DNA of 64,000 nt from an uncultured Chloroflexia bacterium (lineage in GTDB: Bacteria; Chloroflexota; Chloroflexia; Thermomicrobiales; CFX8): the NCBI GenBank assembly GCA_963763325.1, contig CAVXOL010000014.1:57793-121792 (forward strand). The letters run 5' to 3'. Positions 31,691 to 42,870 of this stretch are shown piece after piece. The position numbers and the translations under genes were made by a program. Position 1 is the first letter of the stretch. Every line of letters begins with the position of its first letter. Below the pieces are notes generated by a model that saw only the letters and a list, made by a program, of their open reading frames with translations, did not search any database and had not been told where the DNA came from.

Positions 31691-33969
31691 ATGGCACCCT
31701 CCATCGCCATCTCATCGAGCCGAATTCCTGCCACTCTGGGAACCAGATCACTTCTTCCCGGGAAGGAGAATCGCTACACTGCCGGTAGTACTGGCGCAAC
31801 GACGCGGTTGGTCGACAGATCATCTGAAGATGGGGCCAATGTTGGGGCTCACGTCTCGCTGGATCGCGAATCGTCCTGTTCATCGACCGCGGCTGTGGTG
31901 GGTCGCCGTGTCGATCTGTGGCCGACATCGCTCCTGCGTGTGCCGATCCCCGTCCTCGGGCTGCTCAACCGGGAGCGACGGAGTCCTAGTCGGTCAGATC
32001 CGTTGACGCCGTCATCGCAGACGCTACGGGGTGGTTGGGGCGCTGCTCGCCACGCGAAGGCCAGCGAAACAACTCGGCTGGTGTACCTGACGCTGGCTTG
32101 ATCTGGCAGGTCTCAGCCATCGCTGATACTGGGCTGTCTATGGAGTCCTCACTCAGCCAGGAGCAGTTGCGCGGAACACGACTCTGGCTCAATCTTGCGA
32201 TCGGAGCCGCAGCCTTTGCGGCAACACTGACGTTTCCGATCCTGCCCTTTCCAGACGGCAGATTCCAGACCTGGCCAAAGCGCACTGTTGCATTCTTCTC
32301 TGGAATCGCCATCGTCCTGCTGGTCGGAGGGCTGATCACTGGTGGCGGCATTCCACCTGGATCATCTTCGCTCTATGAGCGCACGCGCAACCCATTGGCG
32401 CTCTCGGACCCATTTCTGGATCCCGGACTCGGCGTCATGCTGACGATCCTCTGCGGTGTGCTGTCGATTCGAATCCTCCTGGCAGGCTTCAGACGATCGC
32501 GTGGTGCGCGACGTCAGCAGTACAAGTGGATCGTCGTCACCATGGTGTCGGTCGTCGTCATCGCGTTCACTCGCCGACTTCCTTACCCGCGCGATGGGAA
32601 CGGCTCGATGCTGTACGTCGTGACGACACCGATCCTGTCGCTGTCGTATGCCCTCGTCCCGGTCGCGATGGGCATAGCCATCCTGCGCTATCGCCTCTAG
32701 GACATCGACATCATCATCAACCGCACGCTCGTCTACCTGGCTGCTGAGCGCCAGCGTCGTCGGGATCTACGTCTTCATCGTCGGCTGGCTCGGACGACGT
32801 TCCATACTGGCGGCAACCTGCTCTTCTCGCTGGTCGGCCACGGGCGTCGTCGCTGTGCTCTTCCAGCCGCTGCGCGAGCGTATCCAGCGCGGCGTCACCG
32901 TCTCCTCTTCGGCGAGCGCGACGAGCCGTACGCCGTCATCTCGCGGCTGGGCCGCCGGCTCGAGGAGACCCTCGCCCCCGACGCCATGCTGTTGACGATC
33001 ACCAGCCACGGTCCGCGAGGCGTTGAAACTGCCCGTACAGCGCCATCGCCCTCCACCAGCGGCGGCGAGCCCGGTCATCGTCGCGGCCAGCGGCGAACCG
33101 GTCTCCGAACCGGTGCGCGTGCCGCTGCGTCTACCAGCATGAGCCGGTCGGGGAACTGCTGCTGGGGCCACGGACTCCCGGTGAGGCAATTCAGCCCGGC
33201 GCGACCGGCGCCTGCTGGACGACCTGGCCCGCCAGGCCGGCGTCGCGGTCCATGCCGTCCAGCTAACCCGCGACTTGCAGCGCGCGCGCGAACGGTTGGT
33301 CGAAGCGCGCGAGGAGGAACGCCGCCGGCTGCGGCGCGATCTGCACGATGGCCTCGGTTCGCAATTGGCCGCGCTCAACCTGCAGGCCGGCGCGGTGCGC
33401 CGGCTGATCGATAGCGATCCAGCAGCCGGCACAGGTCGAAGTGATCGAGCTGCGCGGCCAGCTGCAGCGCGGCCATCGGCTCAATCCGCACGCTGGTGCA
33501 TGGCCTGCGGCCGCCGGCCATCGACGAGCTCGGGCTGGTCGTCGCCTTGCGGGAGCGGGTGCGCCAGTACAGACGATGAAGGCCTCATCGTCGACGCCGA
33601 TTCTGCCGGACATCCTTCCGGACCTCCCGGCCGCCGTCGAGGTCGCGATCTACCGATCACCGAGGAAGCGCTGGCCAACGTCGTCCAGCCATGCCGATGC
33701 GCGCACGTGCGTCGTGCGGCTCATGCGGTTGACGATGCGCTGCACCTGATCGATCGAAGATGACGGCGTCGGCATCATCGCCGAACACACGCGCCGGGCG
33801 TTGGACTGCTCTCGATGCGCGAACGCGCGGAAGAACTCGGCGGCACGCTGCGACGATCGAGCCACGGCCGGGCGGCGGCACGCGGGTCGAGGTGCAGCTT
33901 GCCACTGGGGCGCCGCGAGCCGAGCGTTCACGAGGAGAGAGCGTGGAGAGCAGGATGGTGGATGAATGA
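31691..33969 (+). CDS. Membrane sensor histidine kinase (HisKA_3/NarX type); heavily frameshifted, internal TAG at 32698; start uncertain
   Basis: TM region 'RQQYKWI..AILRYRL*DIDIIINRTLVY', H-box 'EEERRRLRRDLHDGLG', 'LRPPAIDELG', 'EEALANVV', 'DDGVG', 'MRERAEELGG'. Confidence 0.82.
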
Positions 33970-34625
33970 GCGGCATTGCGCATGCTGATCGTTGACGATC
34001 ATCCACTCGTACGTCGCGGACTGCGGGCGGTGATCGGCGTCTGCCGGACTCTGTCGAGATCGTCGGTGAAGCGGCAACGGGACGGGAAGCGATCACTCTG
34101 GCGGCAGCACGTTCAGCCCCAGACGTGATTCTGATGGACCTGCAGATGCCGGGCCAGAGCGGCATCGAGGCGACGCGCGAGATCCGTCGCCCAGCAGCCC
34201 GACGTGCGTATCCTGGTCGTGACGCTCTTTGAGGACGATGATTCCGTCTTCCTCGCGCTTCGCGCGGGCGCGCGCGGCTATGTGCTCAAGGACGCCGACG
34301 AGAGGAATTGATCGGCGCGATCCGTGCTGTCGCCGGAGGCGCGGCGATCTTCAGTCCCGCCATCGCCACGCGACTCTGACGCTCTTCTCAGCGCCACGCC
34401 CAGTCGACGCCGGCGGTCTTCCCGACGCTGACCGAGCGCGAGCGGGAGATCCTGGAACTCCTCGCGCGGGGTCTACCCAACGCCCGCATCGCCCAGCAGC
34501 TGGGCATCAGCGTCAAGACGGTCGGCAACCACGTGTCGGTCATCTTCGGCAAGCTGCAGGTCGCTGACCGTGCTGAGGCGATTGTCCGCGCACGTGAGGC
34601 CGGTCTCGGTCATCAACGTTCCTGA
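33966..34625 (+). CDS. NarL/LuxR family response regulator, frameshifted
   Basis: 'IVDDHPLVRRGL', 'PDVILMDLQMPG', 'GARGYVLKD', 'LTEREREILELLARGLPNARIA..SVKTVGNHV'; ATGA overlap with the kinase. Confidence 0.92.
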
Positions 34626-34744
34626 TCGTTCCCAGGTGAAATTGCCCGGCGTCGTGGGAACCTGCCGAGTTCCGCCTGGGGACACCGGTGACCTACGGTG
34701 TCAGCAGTCGACCGCTGGACCGTATCACGAAAGGCAGGAACACC

Positions 34745-35131
34745 ATGTCATCGATCGCAACGTCACCGGCCCAGATCAGCAGGCCAGCCTCGGTCAGCGC
34801 CGCCGTGGTTCTGTCCATTTTGCTCAACGTCGCGTCACTGCCGCTCGTCTTCATCCTGCCGGGTGCCGACGAGATCCCCGCGCCGGCCATCGCCATCGGC
34901 GTCATCACAGGGCTGGTCTCCGTCGTCGCAGCCTGGGGGATGTGGAACCTGCGCCGCTGGGGCGCCATCACCACGTTCGTCGTGACATTGCTCAACACCG
35001 TCTCGTCGATCCCGGGATTCTTCAATCCACCGAGTGACTGGATCCTTGCATTGCTGATCGTCACGACGCCAATCTCGATTGCGCTCATGGTCCTGATCGC
35101 GATGCCGTCAACACGGAAGGTGCTTCGCTAA
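34745..35131 (+). CDS. Small 4-TM membrane protein
   Basis: 128 aa, four hydrophobic helices, 'AWGMWNLRRWG'; RBS AGGAA. Confidence 0.75.
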   Translation: MSSIATSPAQISRPASVSAAVVLSILLNVASLPLVFILPGADEIPAPAIAIGVITGLVSVVAAWGMWNLRRWGAITTFVVTLLNTVSSIPGFFNPPSDWILALLIVTTPISIALMVLIAMPSTRKVLR

Positions 35132-35191
35132 TGGATCAGCACGTAGCGGCATCGACCCCGCGCCAGGGTCTGACTAGCTCCGGGTCTAGCC

Positions 35192-36058
35192 CTATGAGCC
35201 ACCTCGAAGATATCTGTGCAGTGCCGTGAAGTCCGCATCCGGCTCAGCAGCATTGAAACGTTTCCAGATAGCCGTCACGGCCTCGGCAAGTTCGTGGGGA
35301 ACTCCTGCCACGACGGCGTTCTCAAGGTAGAGCGAGACATCCTTCGTCATCAACGCCCCGGCGAAACCGAAGTCGTAAGTGCCGGGGACGATGCTGCGTG
35401 GGAACTTGTCCTGGCTGGCGGAGCTGCGGCCGGATGACGCGTTGAGGACATCGACGATCGTTGGCAGATCCAGTCCCAACCGTGTGCCAAAGACAGCTGC
35501 CTCACAGGTCGCAGCCAGCGCGGCGGCCGATGCGTAGTTATTGAGCAGCTTCATCGCCTGGCCCTGGCCGGGAGCGTCTCCAACCCTGAACCGCTTCGAC
35601 GCGAGGACAGCAAGCACCGGCTCCAACTGCTCGAAGACCGTGGCTGGCGCGCCGACCATCATCGCCAGCGTCCCATCTGTCGCGCCGGCCACGCCGCCAC
35701 TGACCGGCGCATCGACGTAGACGATCCCGGCCTCTGCCAACAGCGCCGCACATTCCTGAGCAGCGGCAATTCCGATCGTCGAGAGGTCGACGACGGTCTG
35801 CACGCGCCGATCCGCTGCCTCTACGATCTGATGGCAGACATCGAGCGAGGCAGCGCCGTCCGGAACACTCAGCAGGATCGTGTCCGACAGCGCCGCCAGG
35901 TCACCAACCGATGTCGCGGAGCCGGCGCCGTCCGGTAACCGGTCCTCGGTCCCGGCGACGTCGAAGCCGCGCACCGAATACCCGGCAGCGACCAGCCGCC
36001 GAGCCATCGGGGCTCCCATCCGGCCGAGACCAACGCTGCCGAGCACCTCCCCGCTCAT
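35192..36058 (-). CDS. NAD(P)-dependent beta-hydroxyacid dehydrogenase (3-hydroxyisobutyrate DH family)
   Basis: 'VGLGRMGAPMA', 'DLSTI', 'YVDAPVSGG', 'GQAMKLLNN', 'MTKDV'. Confidence 0.92.
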   Translation of the reverse strand: MSGEVLGSVGLGRMGAPMARRLVAAGYSVRGFDVAGTEDRLPDGAGSATSVGDLAALSDTILLSVPDGAASLDVCHQIVEAADRRVQTVVDLSTIGIAAAQECAALLAEAGIVYVDAPVSGGVAGATDGTLAMMVGAPATVFEQLEPVLAVLASKRFRVGDAPGQGQAMKLLNNYASAAALAATCEAAVFGTRLGLDLPTIVDVLNASSGRSSASQDKFPRSIVPGTYDFGFAGALMTKDVSLYLENAVVAGVPHELAEAVTAIWKRFNAAEPDADFTALHRYLRGGS

Positions 36059-36076
36059 GCCATCACTCCATGTCGT

Positions 36077-36835
36077 TCAGGACGCGACCGCCGCCGGCTG
36101 CTGCATGAAGTCGAGCATCTGGTGCCAGGCGTCCTCGCAGGCAGCGGCGTGCTCGGCGAAGGTGCGGTCGAAGAAGGAGTGTGGCGCACCTTCGTAGACG
36201 ACCATCTTGTGCGGCACGCCGGCCTCGTCCAGTTCGCCACTGAACTTCTCGAACTCCTCAGTCGGCGTGAAGTCGGCCCCAGCCACCAGCAGCAGCAACG
36301 GTGCCTGCATCTGCGGGACCGAGTCGCGAATCCGGGCGGGAACGCCGTAGAAGCCGATCGCGCCGTCCAGCCCCGGCTGCGAGGCCGATTGCCGCCACGA
36401 TGCGCCACCCCCGAAACAGAAACCGACCGTGAAGACGCGTGACACACTGCCACCCGCCTCCGAGCGCAGAAAGTCGATCGCCGCCGCGCAATCGGCGTCG
36501 ACACCGGCTGGTGTCGTCTGGTCGACGTGCGGACGATACTCGAAGCTCTCGTCCCGGTTGTTCGTCTCGGCCGTCCGGCCAAAGTAGTCGTAGGCAACGG
36601 CATCAACGCCGATCTCCGCGAAGCGGTCGGCCAGCTCCTTGTAGAACTGGTGCAGGCCACGCACATCCGGCAGGATCACCATTCCGGTCCCGGTCGGCTC
36701 GGCGGCACGGGCGCTGTAGGCCATGAACTCGGTCCCGTCCGCTGAAGTCAGTGTCAGATCACTGCTGGACGCCAGGCCACCCGACCCACCGGAGACGGGT
36801 GGAAGCGGTGGTCGAGCGGTATCGTCATAGCACAA
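36077..36835 (-). CDS. Dienelactone hydrolase family protein
   Basis: 'PDVRGL', nucleophile elbow 'GFCFGG', 'YEGAPHSFF'; RBS AAGGAGG. Confidence 0.92.
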   Translation of the reverse strand: MCYDDTARPPLPPVSGGSGGLASSSDLTLTSADGTEFMAYSARAAEPTGTGMVILPDVRGLHQFYKELADRFAEIGVDAVAYDYFGRTAETNNRDESFEYRPHVDQTTPAGVDADCAAAIDFLRSEAGGSVSRVFTVGFCFGGGASWRQSASQPGLDGAIGFYGVPARIRDSVPQMQAPLLLLVAGADFTPTEEFEKFSGELDEAGVPHKMVVYEGAPHSFFDRTFAEHAAACEDAWHQMLDFMQQPAAVAS

Positions 36836-37122
36836 GGGGTTGCCTCCTTCTCATACATTGGCAGTTGCCGTCTTGTAGCACGCCGCGCGTATCTGCGCCA
36901 GATGGCGGAATGGGTGATCTTGCCCGCAAGTGCGATCTACGCAGTTGACTTTCTACTCAGCAGGTATAGAGTGATCGACAAGTACGCGCATCTCCATGCC
37001 TACAGGTCGTGCCACCTGCCGCCCTGTTCCCGGTCATCATGCATCCATGTCGAGCCGGACAGCCCCGCATTCGACCGTCACTCCACCGCACGATGCCGGA
37101 CATCATCCAGAGGAGGACCTGC

Positions 37123-38163
37123 ATGGAATTGCTCATCTCCCGGCAATCGCGCCGGATCGCCTTCGCCTGCGTCGCGCTGCTCCTGCTGATGCCGCTCACG
37201 GCCTCCGCGCGTCAGGCCACCGAGAACGCCACGATCTACATGATCGCGATGGGCGACAACGGTCAGTCGGGAATGTTCGTCGGCTGCGGCGACAGCCTGA
37301 TCCCGGTCACCGTCAATGTGCCGGCTGCGACGACGACCGAAGGGAAGATCACGGCGGCGCTCCAGCATCTGTTCTCGCTTCACGATCCGTTCTACGGTCA
37401 ATCCGGCCTCTACAACGCGCTCTATGAGAACACGCTGACGGTCGACTCCGTCAGCCTCCACGGCAGCACGGCCGGCGTCATCCTGTCCGGATTCACCGGA
37501 TCGCGCGGAACCTGCGACGATCCGCGAATCGAGGGGCAGATCGAACAGACCGTCCTCTCAGTGCCCGGCGTAACGAGCGTCGTCGTCATTCTGAACGGCA
37601 TGCAACTCATCGACCTGCGCGGCCCTGACTTCTTCCCCGAGACCGGCTTCGGCATTTCGCTCCCGTTCGTCGACTTCTGGCACGACAACGGCGGCATCCC
37701 TGTCTTCGGCTACCCGATCAGCCCCCAACTCTTCGAGGGCGGCTACAGGGTCCAGTACGTCGAGCGGCAGCGCTTCGAGCACCACCCGGACAACAGCGCC
37801 CCGTACGACATTCTGCTCGGGCTGCTCGGCACCCAGGTCGCCCAGAGCCAGGGACTACTCGGCACACCAGCCTTCCAATATCAGCAGCCGAACGGCAACC
37901 CGAACTGCGAGTACTTCGCCGGACGGCCACCATCTCTGCTTCGGCTTTCGCACCTACTGGCACACCCACGGACTCGACTTCGGCGATTCCGGTTACTCGT
38001 ACCGTGAGTCGCTGCTCCTGTTCGGCTATCCGATCTCGGAAGAGTTCGTAGTAGGAGGCCGGACGGTTCGTACTTCGAGCGGGCGCGCTTCGAGTGGCAC
38101 CCACAGAACAGCCCGCCCTACGACATCCTGCTCGGGCGACTCGGGGCGGAGGTCTATCCATAG
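37123..38163 (+). CDS. Secreted protein: GerMN-like domain plus Chloroflexota 'FPETG/GYPIS/FER' repeats (frameshifts near 37920 and 38050)
   Basis: Signal peptide; 'VGCGDSLIPV..ITAALQHL..LYNAL..GTCDDPRIEGQIEQT'; then 'FPETG..GGIPVFGYPIS..VQYVERQRFEHHP..PYDILLGLLG' twice. Confidence 0.8.
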
Positions 38164-38263
38164 CCATCGATCGCCCGTGTCACGTGGTCGCCGGCAACAT
38201 GCACGGCTCATGCATTCAATGTGTCGTGAGTTCAACGAGACATCCCAAAAAAGGAGGCTTTCG

Positions 38264-38411
38264 ATGCTCTGGATTGTTCTGGTGACCTTGCTGATTCTCT
38301 TGGCTGGGCGGGTTCCTGATCGATGTAGCTGGCAACCTGATCCACCTGCTGCTCGTCATCGCCCTCGTCGTCCTGATCGTCCAACTCATCACGGGGCGTC
38401 GTGTCGTCTAA
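38264..38411 (+). CDS. lmo0937 family small membrane protein (frameshifted)
   Basis: 'MLWIVLVTLLIL.WLGGF..VAGNLIHLLLVIALVVLIVQLITGRRVV'; RBS AAGGAGG. Confidence 0.8.
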
Positions 38412-38589
38412 CACGCATCTTCGTCAGAAGTGCTCCTTTAGACTGCTGATAACCAAGCGATACGGCGAGCGTGACTCTCGCGTGTCTACTGTTGCGAAGA
38501 TTTGTCTGTGCATCTATTATCGTGGCACACGTACACATGACTTCACATTAGTGGCCGCGTATCCGGCCGCAAGCTGAAGGAGCATAGTC

Positions 38590-39116
38590 ATGAGCAGAGT
38601 TCAGGCCGTTGTCGAGTCACTCCGCGTCACGTCGTCTACGCCGCCGGATACGTCGCGATCTCAGCGCGATCAGCGTCGTCCTCGCCATCCTCGTGATCGC
38701 TGACGGGAAGCGCGGCCATCGGCTACGGATTACTGGGCGTGCTGGTATTGCGGGTGCACCCTGCTCGGGACGCGACCACGGATCGGCTGGAGGTGCGATC
38801 GCCTGGGCGGCAATTTAGATTCCGTACGTCGCCTGGAACACCGACGGGTTCCCGCTCGCGCAGGCGCTCTACTTCCCGTTCTCGGTATCAAACCGAACAA
38901 CCGTCAACGGCGAGATCACCGAATAGCGCGAGTACGGCATCAACCTCGTCGGCGTCGTCCTGACATTCGTCTTCGGAAGTGGCCAAGGAGTGGCTGTACC
39001 GGCAACCAGTAGATGTTCATCCCTTAGGGGCCACCAACTCTGATCTCCAACCCACGCAACTCGATTCGGACAGGCCGGAAGCAAGTCGTACTCGTGACGC
39101 CTCACCATCAGGTTGA
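38590..39116 (+). pseudogene. Degenerate small membrane protein gene
   Basis: RBS AAGGAG + ATG; hydrophobic stretches ('ISVVLAILVIA', 'YGINLVGVVLTFVF') spread over several frames with in-frame stops; ends uncertain. Confidence 0.35.
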
Positions 39117-39213
39117 CGGTACAATGATCGATGGACAGTCTCGAGACGTTGATCGGGGCATCGCGGCGGCGTTGTCCGTATCGGTGTGCGACCTTCTAAT
39201 ATAGAGAGTATTC

Positions 39214-40971
39214 ATGCAGACCAACACCGCGGGGACGCTTCCCACCCTGAGACGCTTCTTCGGCTACTACCGGCCGCACCGCGGGCTGTTCGCGCTGGAT
39301 TTCTCCTGCGCGGTGCTTTCCGGCCTGCTGGAGCTGGCCTTCCCGATGGCGGTGGGGCTGTTCGTCGACCGCCTGCTGCCCGGCGACGACTGGGGACTGA
39401 TCGTCATCGCGCCGTCGGGTTGCTGGCGGTCTACCTGCTCAACACCGGGCTGATGGTCATCGTCGGCTACTGGGGCCACATGCTCGGGATCAACATCGAA
39501 ACCGAGATGCGCCGCAAGAGCTTCGACCACCTCCAGAAGCTGTCGTTCCGCTTCTACGACAACCAGAAGACCGGCCACCTGGTCGGGCGGGTGACCAAGG
39601 ACCTGGAGGAGATCGGCGAGGTCGCCCACCACGGCCCGGAAGATGTGTTCGTCGCGGTCATGACCTTCATCGGCGCGTTCGCGCTGATGCTCTGGGTCAA
39701 CCCGCAACTGGCGCTGATCGCCGCCATGATCGTGCCGCTGCCGGCTGGATCACCGCCCGCTACGGCGCGCGCATGACCCGCACCTGGAAGACGCTCTTCC
39801 GGCGCGTCGGCGAGTTCAACGCGCGGATCGAGGACAACGTCGGCGGCATCCGCGTCGTCCAGGCGTTCGCCAACGAGGACCACGAGCGCGAGCTGTTCGC
39901 CCACAACAACGCCCACTACCGCACGACCAAGCTCGAAGCCTACCGGATCATGACCGCCAGCATGTCGCTGAGCTACTTCAGCATGCGCCTGGCCCAGATC
40001 ATCGTCATGATCGCCGGGGCCTACTTCGTGCTGCATGGCCGGCTGACCGAAGGGGAGTTCGTCACCTTCCTGCTGCTGGTCGGCGTCTTCTTCCGGCCGA
40101 TGGAGAAGATCAACCAGGTCCTGGAGAGCTACCCGAAGGGCATCGCCGGGTTCCGCAGCTACACCGCCTGCTGGACACCGAGCCGGACATTCAGCGACGC
40201 GCCGGACGCGATGACGGTCGCCGGGCTGCGCGGCGACATCCGCTACGAGAACGTCACCTTCGGCTACGGCCCGGAGCAGCACCGTCCTGCGCGACATCAA
40301 CCTGGAGATCCGCGCCGGCGAGACGGTCGCCTTCGTCGGCCCATCCGGCGCGGGCAAGACGACGATCGCGTCGCTGCTGCCGCGCTTCTACGAGATCGAC
40401 GCGGGCCGGATCACGATCGACGGCATCGACATCCAGCAGATGACGCTGGCCTCGCTGCGCCGCGAGATCGGCATCGTCCAGCAGGATGTCTTCCTCTTCG
40501 CCGGCACGATCCGCGAGAACATCGCCTACGGCCGGCTCGACGCGACCGAGGAGGAGATCCTGCGAAGCGGTCCGCCGCGCCCGGCTGGAGAGCGTCATCG
40601 CCGACCTGCCGGACGGGCTGGACACGGTCATCGGCGAGCGCGGCGTCAAGCTCTCCGGCGGCCAGAAGCAGCGCCTCGCCATCGCCCGCATGTTCGTCAA
40701 GAACCCGCCGATCCTGATCCTGGACGAAGCGACCTCCGCGCTCGACACCGAAACCGAGCGGGCGATCCAGGCATCGCTGACCGAACTGGCCCAGGGCCGC
40801 ACCACGCTGGTCATCGCCCACCGCCTGGCGACGATCCAGAACGCCGACCGCATCGTCGTGGTCGACGAATCCGGCATCGTCGAACAGGGCCGCCACCAGG
40901 AACTGATCCGCATCGGCGGCATCTACCGCCGCCTCCACGCCGCCCAGTTCGCGTCGTATGCCGCGAGTTGA
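39214..40971 (+). CDS. ABC exporter, fused permease/ATP-binding protein (MsbA/YwjA-like), frameshifted
   Basis: 'YWGHMLGINIETEMRR', 'EVAHHGPED', Walker A 'GPSGAGKT', signature 'LSGGQKQR', 'LILDEATSALD', 'IAHRL'. Confidence 0.95.
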
Positions 40972-41228
40972 GGACGGTCGGCGCGTAACACCGACCAACC
41001 ACGGCGACACAAGGAACGACGACCCGACGATCAATGGAAATGCGTTCGCACAGATCTGACGGTGTCGCCTCCAGGCTACGCTTTGAGATGAACTTCGACG
41101 ATGTGGCGGCCCTGATTCGCGATCAGCGTCCAGCATGCCCTCAAGTCGGAGAATTAGCGGTTGATGACTGTTCGTCCCCGAAGGTGAAAACCCTCAGATT
41201 GATCGGCGTCGTGTCATTGCAGGTAGAT

Positions 41229-41493
41229 TCACGCATCGAGCGACATCTTCGGCTGTCGTCCTCGGCAGCGAACTCTCGCAGGCTACGCGTCCTCCATCGG
41301 GGAACTCCATTTCCGTGTGGCGAGCTAGCCCTCCAACGGATCTTCGGCTTCGGCAAGCGGAGAACCTGTCCGACCTCGGCCTCAACGAGTAGTTGCAACG
41401 CTCGCCAAGGCTCGATCCCCAGCGACTTCCGCAATCTGTTCTCAATCGACAACCGTCCTTTCGGTTCCACTTTACCGTATAAGAACTCGACAT
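41229..41493 (-). CDS. AbrB/MazE/SpoVT family DNA-binding protein (antitoxin-like), frameshifted or degenerate
   Basis: Stitched reading 'MSSSYTVKVEPKGRLSIENRLRKSLGIEP..AKAEDPLEGLARH..RTRSLREFAAE'; RBS AGGAG. Confidence 0.6.
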
Positions 41494-41792
41494 GGTTCGC
41501 TCCTGCCCAGTCGCAGTACCACTGAGTCTTACGTGTCGATTATCCCCCTTGAAGATGATCGTACCATGTCAACGGGACCTAGGGCTAAACGACAGATCCC
41601 CAGCCTGCCTGCGAGTGGCGTACCACATGGTATAGCAACCGTGAATCTATCGCGAAGATTCGTACATGGCCATCCAGAGACGGTGCGCACATCCATCGGA
41701 AACGGAGTGCTAGAGATTGACAGCCACGCACTCAAACAGGAAGAAGGCAAAGGGTCCGCGTCAGCCGGGAACAGGTAGAGCGGCCAGGAAAC

Positions 41793-42031
41793 ATGATCCG
41801 TGTGCCAGATGCACACCCACAGCACTCTTACGAGAGCTAGCCGACGAAACCGGCCAGAGCATGCAGGACATCTTGTCGGAGGCGGTCGAGGAGATGCGCC
41901 GCCGCCGCATGTTCGAACTCGCGAACGCGTCCTATGCCGCCATGCGCGAGAACGAGGACGAGTGGCAGGAGGAACTGGAGGAGCGACGACTCTGGGACAA
42001 GACACTGGCTGACGGCCTGGAGGTCGAATAA
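41793..42031 (+). CDS. Ribbon-helix-helix type II antitoxin (start uncertain)
   Basis: 'IRV..TH..LRELADETGQSMQDILSEAVEEMRRRRM..EEWQEELEERRLWDKTLADGL'-type acidic tail; abuts the toxin gene. Confidence 0.8.
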
Positions 42032-42382
42032 TTGGCACTCAAGCCATCACGAGGCGAGATCTGGTATGCAGACCTTGATCCAGTCGCGGGACATGAGCAG
42101 GCAGGGAAGCGTCCGTGTCTGATCATCTCTGATGACCGGAACAACCATGGGCCATCAGGACTCGTCGCAATCCTGCCGTTGACCAGAACGAAGCGGCCTA
42201 ATCCGTTTCACGTACCGATCGAACCACCAGAGGGAGGCATCAAATCATCCAGTTTCATTCTGTGCGATCAAATTCGCACCGTCTCGTCTGGACGACCGCT
42301 TCACGGAGAAGTGGGGTGATGTCACACCGGCGACAATGCGTAGGTCGAGGATCGGGTCAAGATCTTCTTGAGTCTCAAGTAA
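42032..42382 (+). CDS. mazF: PemK/MazF family toxin (endoribonuclease), frameshifted near the C-terminus
   Basis: 'RGEIWYADLDPVAGHEQAGKRPCLIIS..ILPLT..SFILCDQIRTVS..VEDRVKIFL'. Confidence 0.92.
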
Positions 42383-42590
42383 CACTGAGACAGTCAGGTG
42401 ACTCCTACGAACTGACCAGCGATCTCGTTCATGGAGAGGTGAAACCGCCGGGGACTCGTCCGTCACCCAATCCACGCAACTGTACGTGATGAACCAATCC
42501 TCGGGCACAAAGCCGACCAGCGTCACGCAAATAGAACAAGTGTAAACAAGCTCACTAATGGTACTTTGGGACTACAGTCGTGCGCAAAGT

Positions 42591-42618
42591 TTGACAGCCT
42601 ACCCCCCAATGCTATGCT
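42591..42618 (+). promoter_or_regulatory. Sigma70-like promoter with extended -10
   Basis: TTGACA-N16-TATGCT with TG one base upstream of the -10 (spacer contains a C6 run that may be miscounted). Confidence 0.55.
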
Positions 42619-42870
42619 GCAGTCAGGTCACCCAATCTTTGAGGCAGAGTCTCTCCCTTGGGTCATAGATTGTTGATACACCAGCCCACCTATCGCTTAT
42701 CGATCACGTTTTCTGTGGTTTGGCCTGACTTTCCATATATGCGTTCACATCCACGGCGTTGGGCGGAGGGTCAACCTGCAGGGTGCGCACATGATGAATC
42801 GTTTGCTTTCGTTCAAGAGATATGTCTCGGCGTGATAGCTTCGTATCCGTGCTTGGGGATGGAGGATGAG

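Noticed and set aside
42534-42546. GAACAAGTGTAA as a LexA (GAAC-N4-GTTC) box
   Set aside because: Two mismatches in the right half-site and no SOS gene nearby
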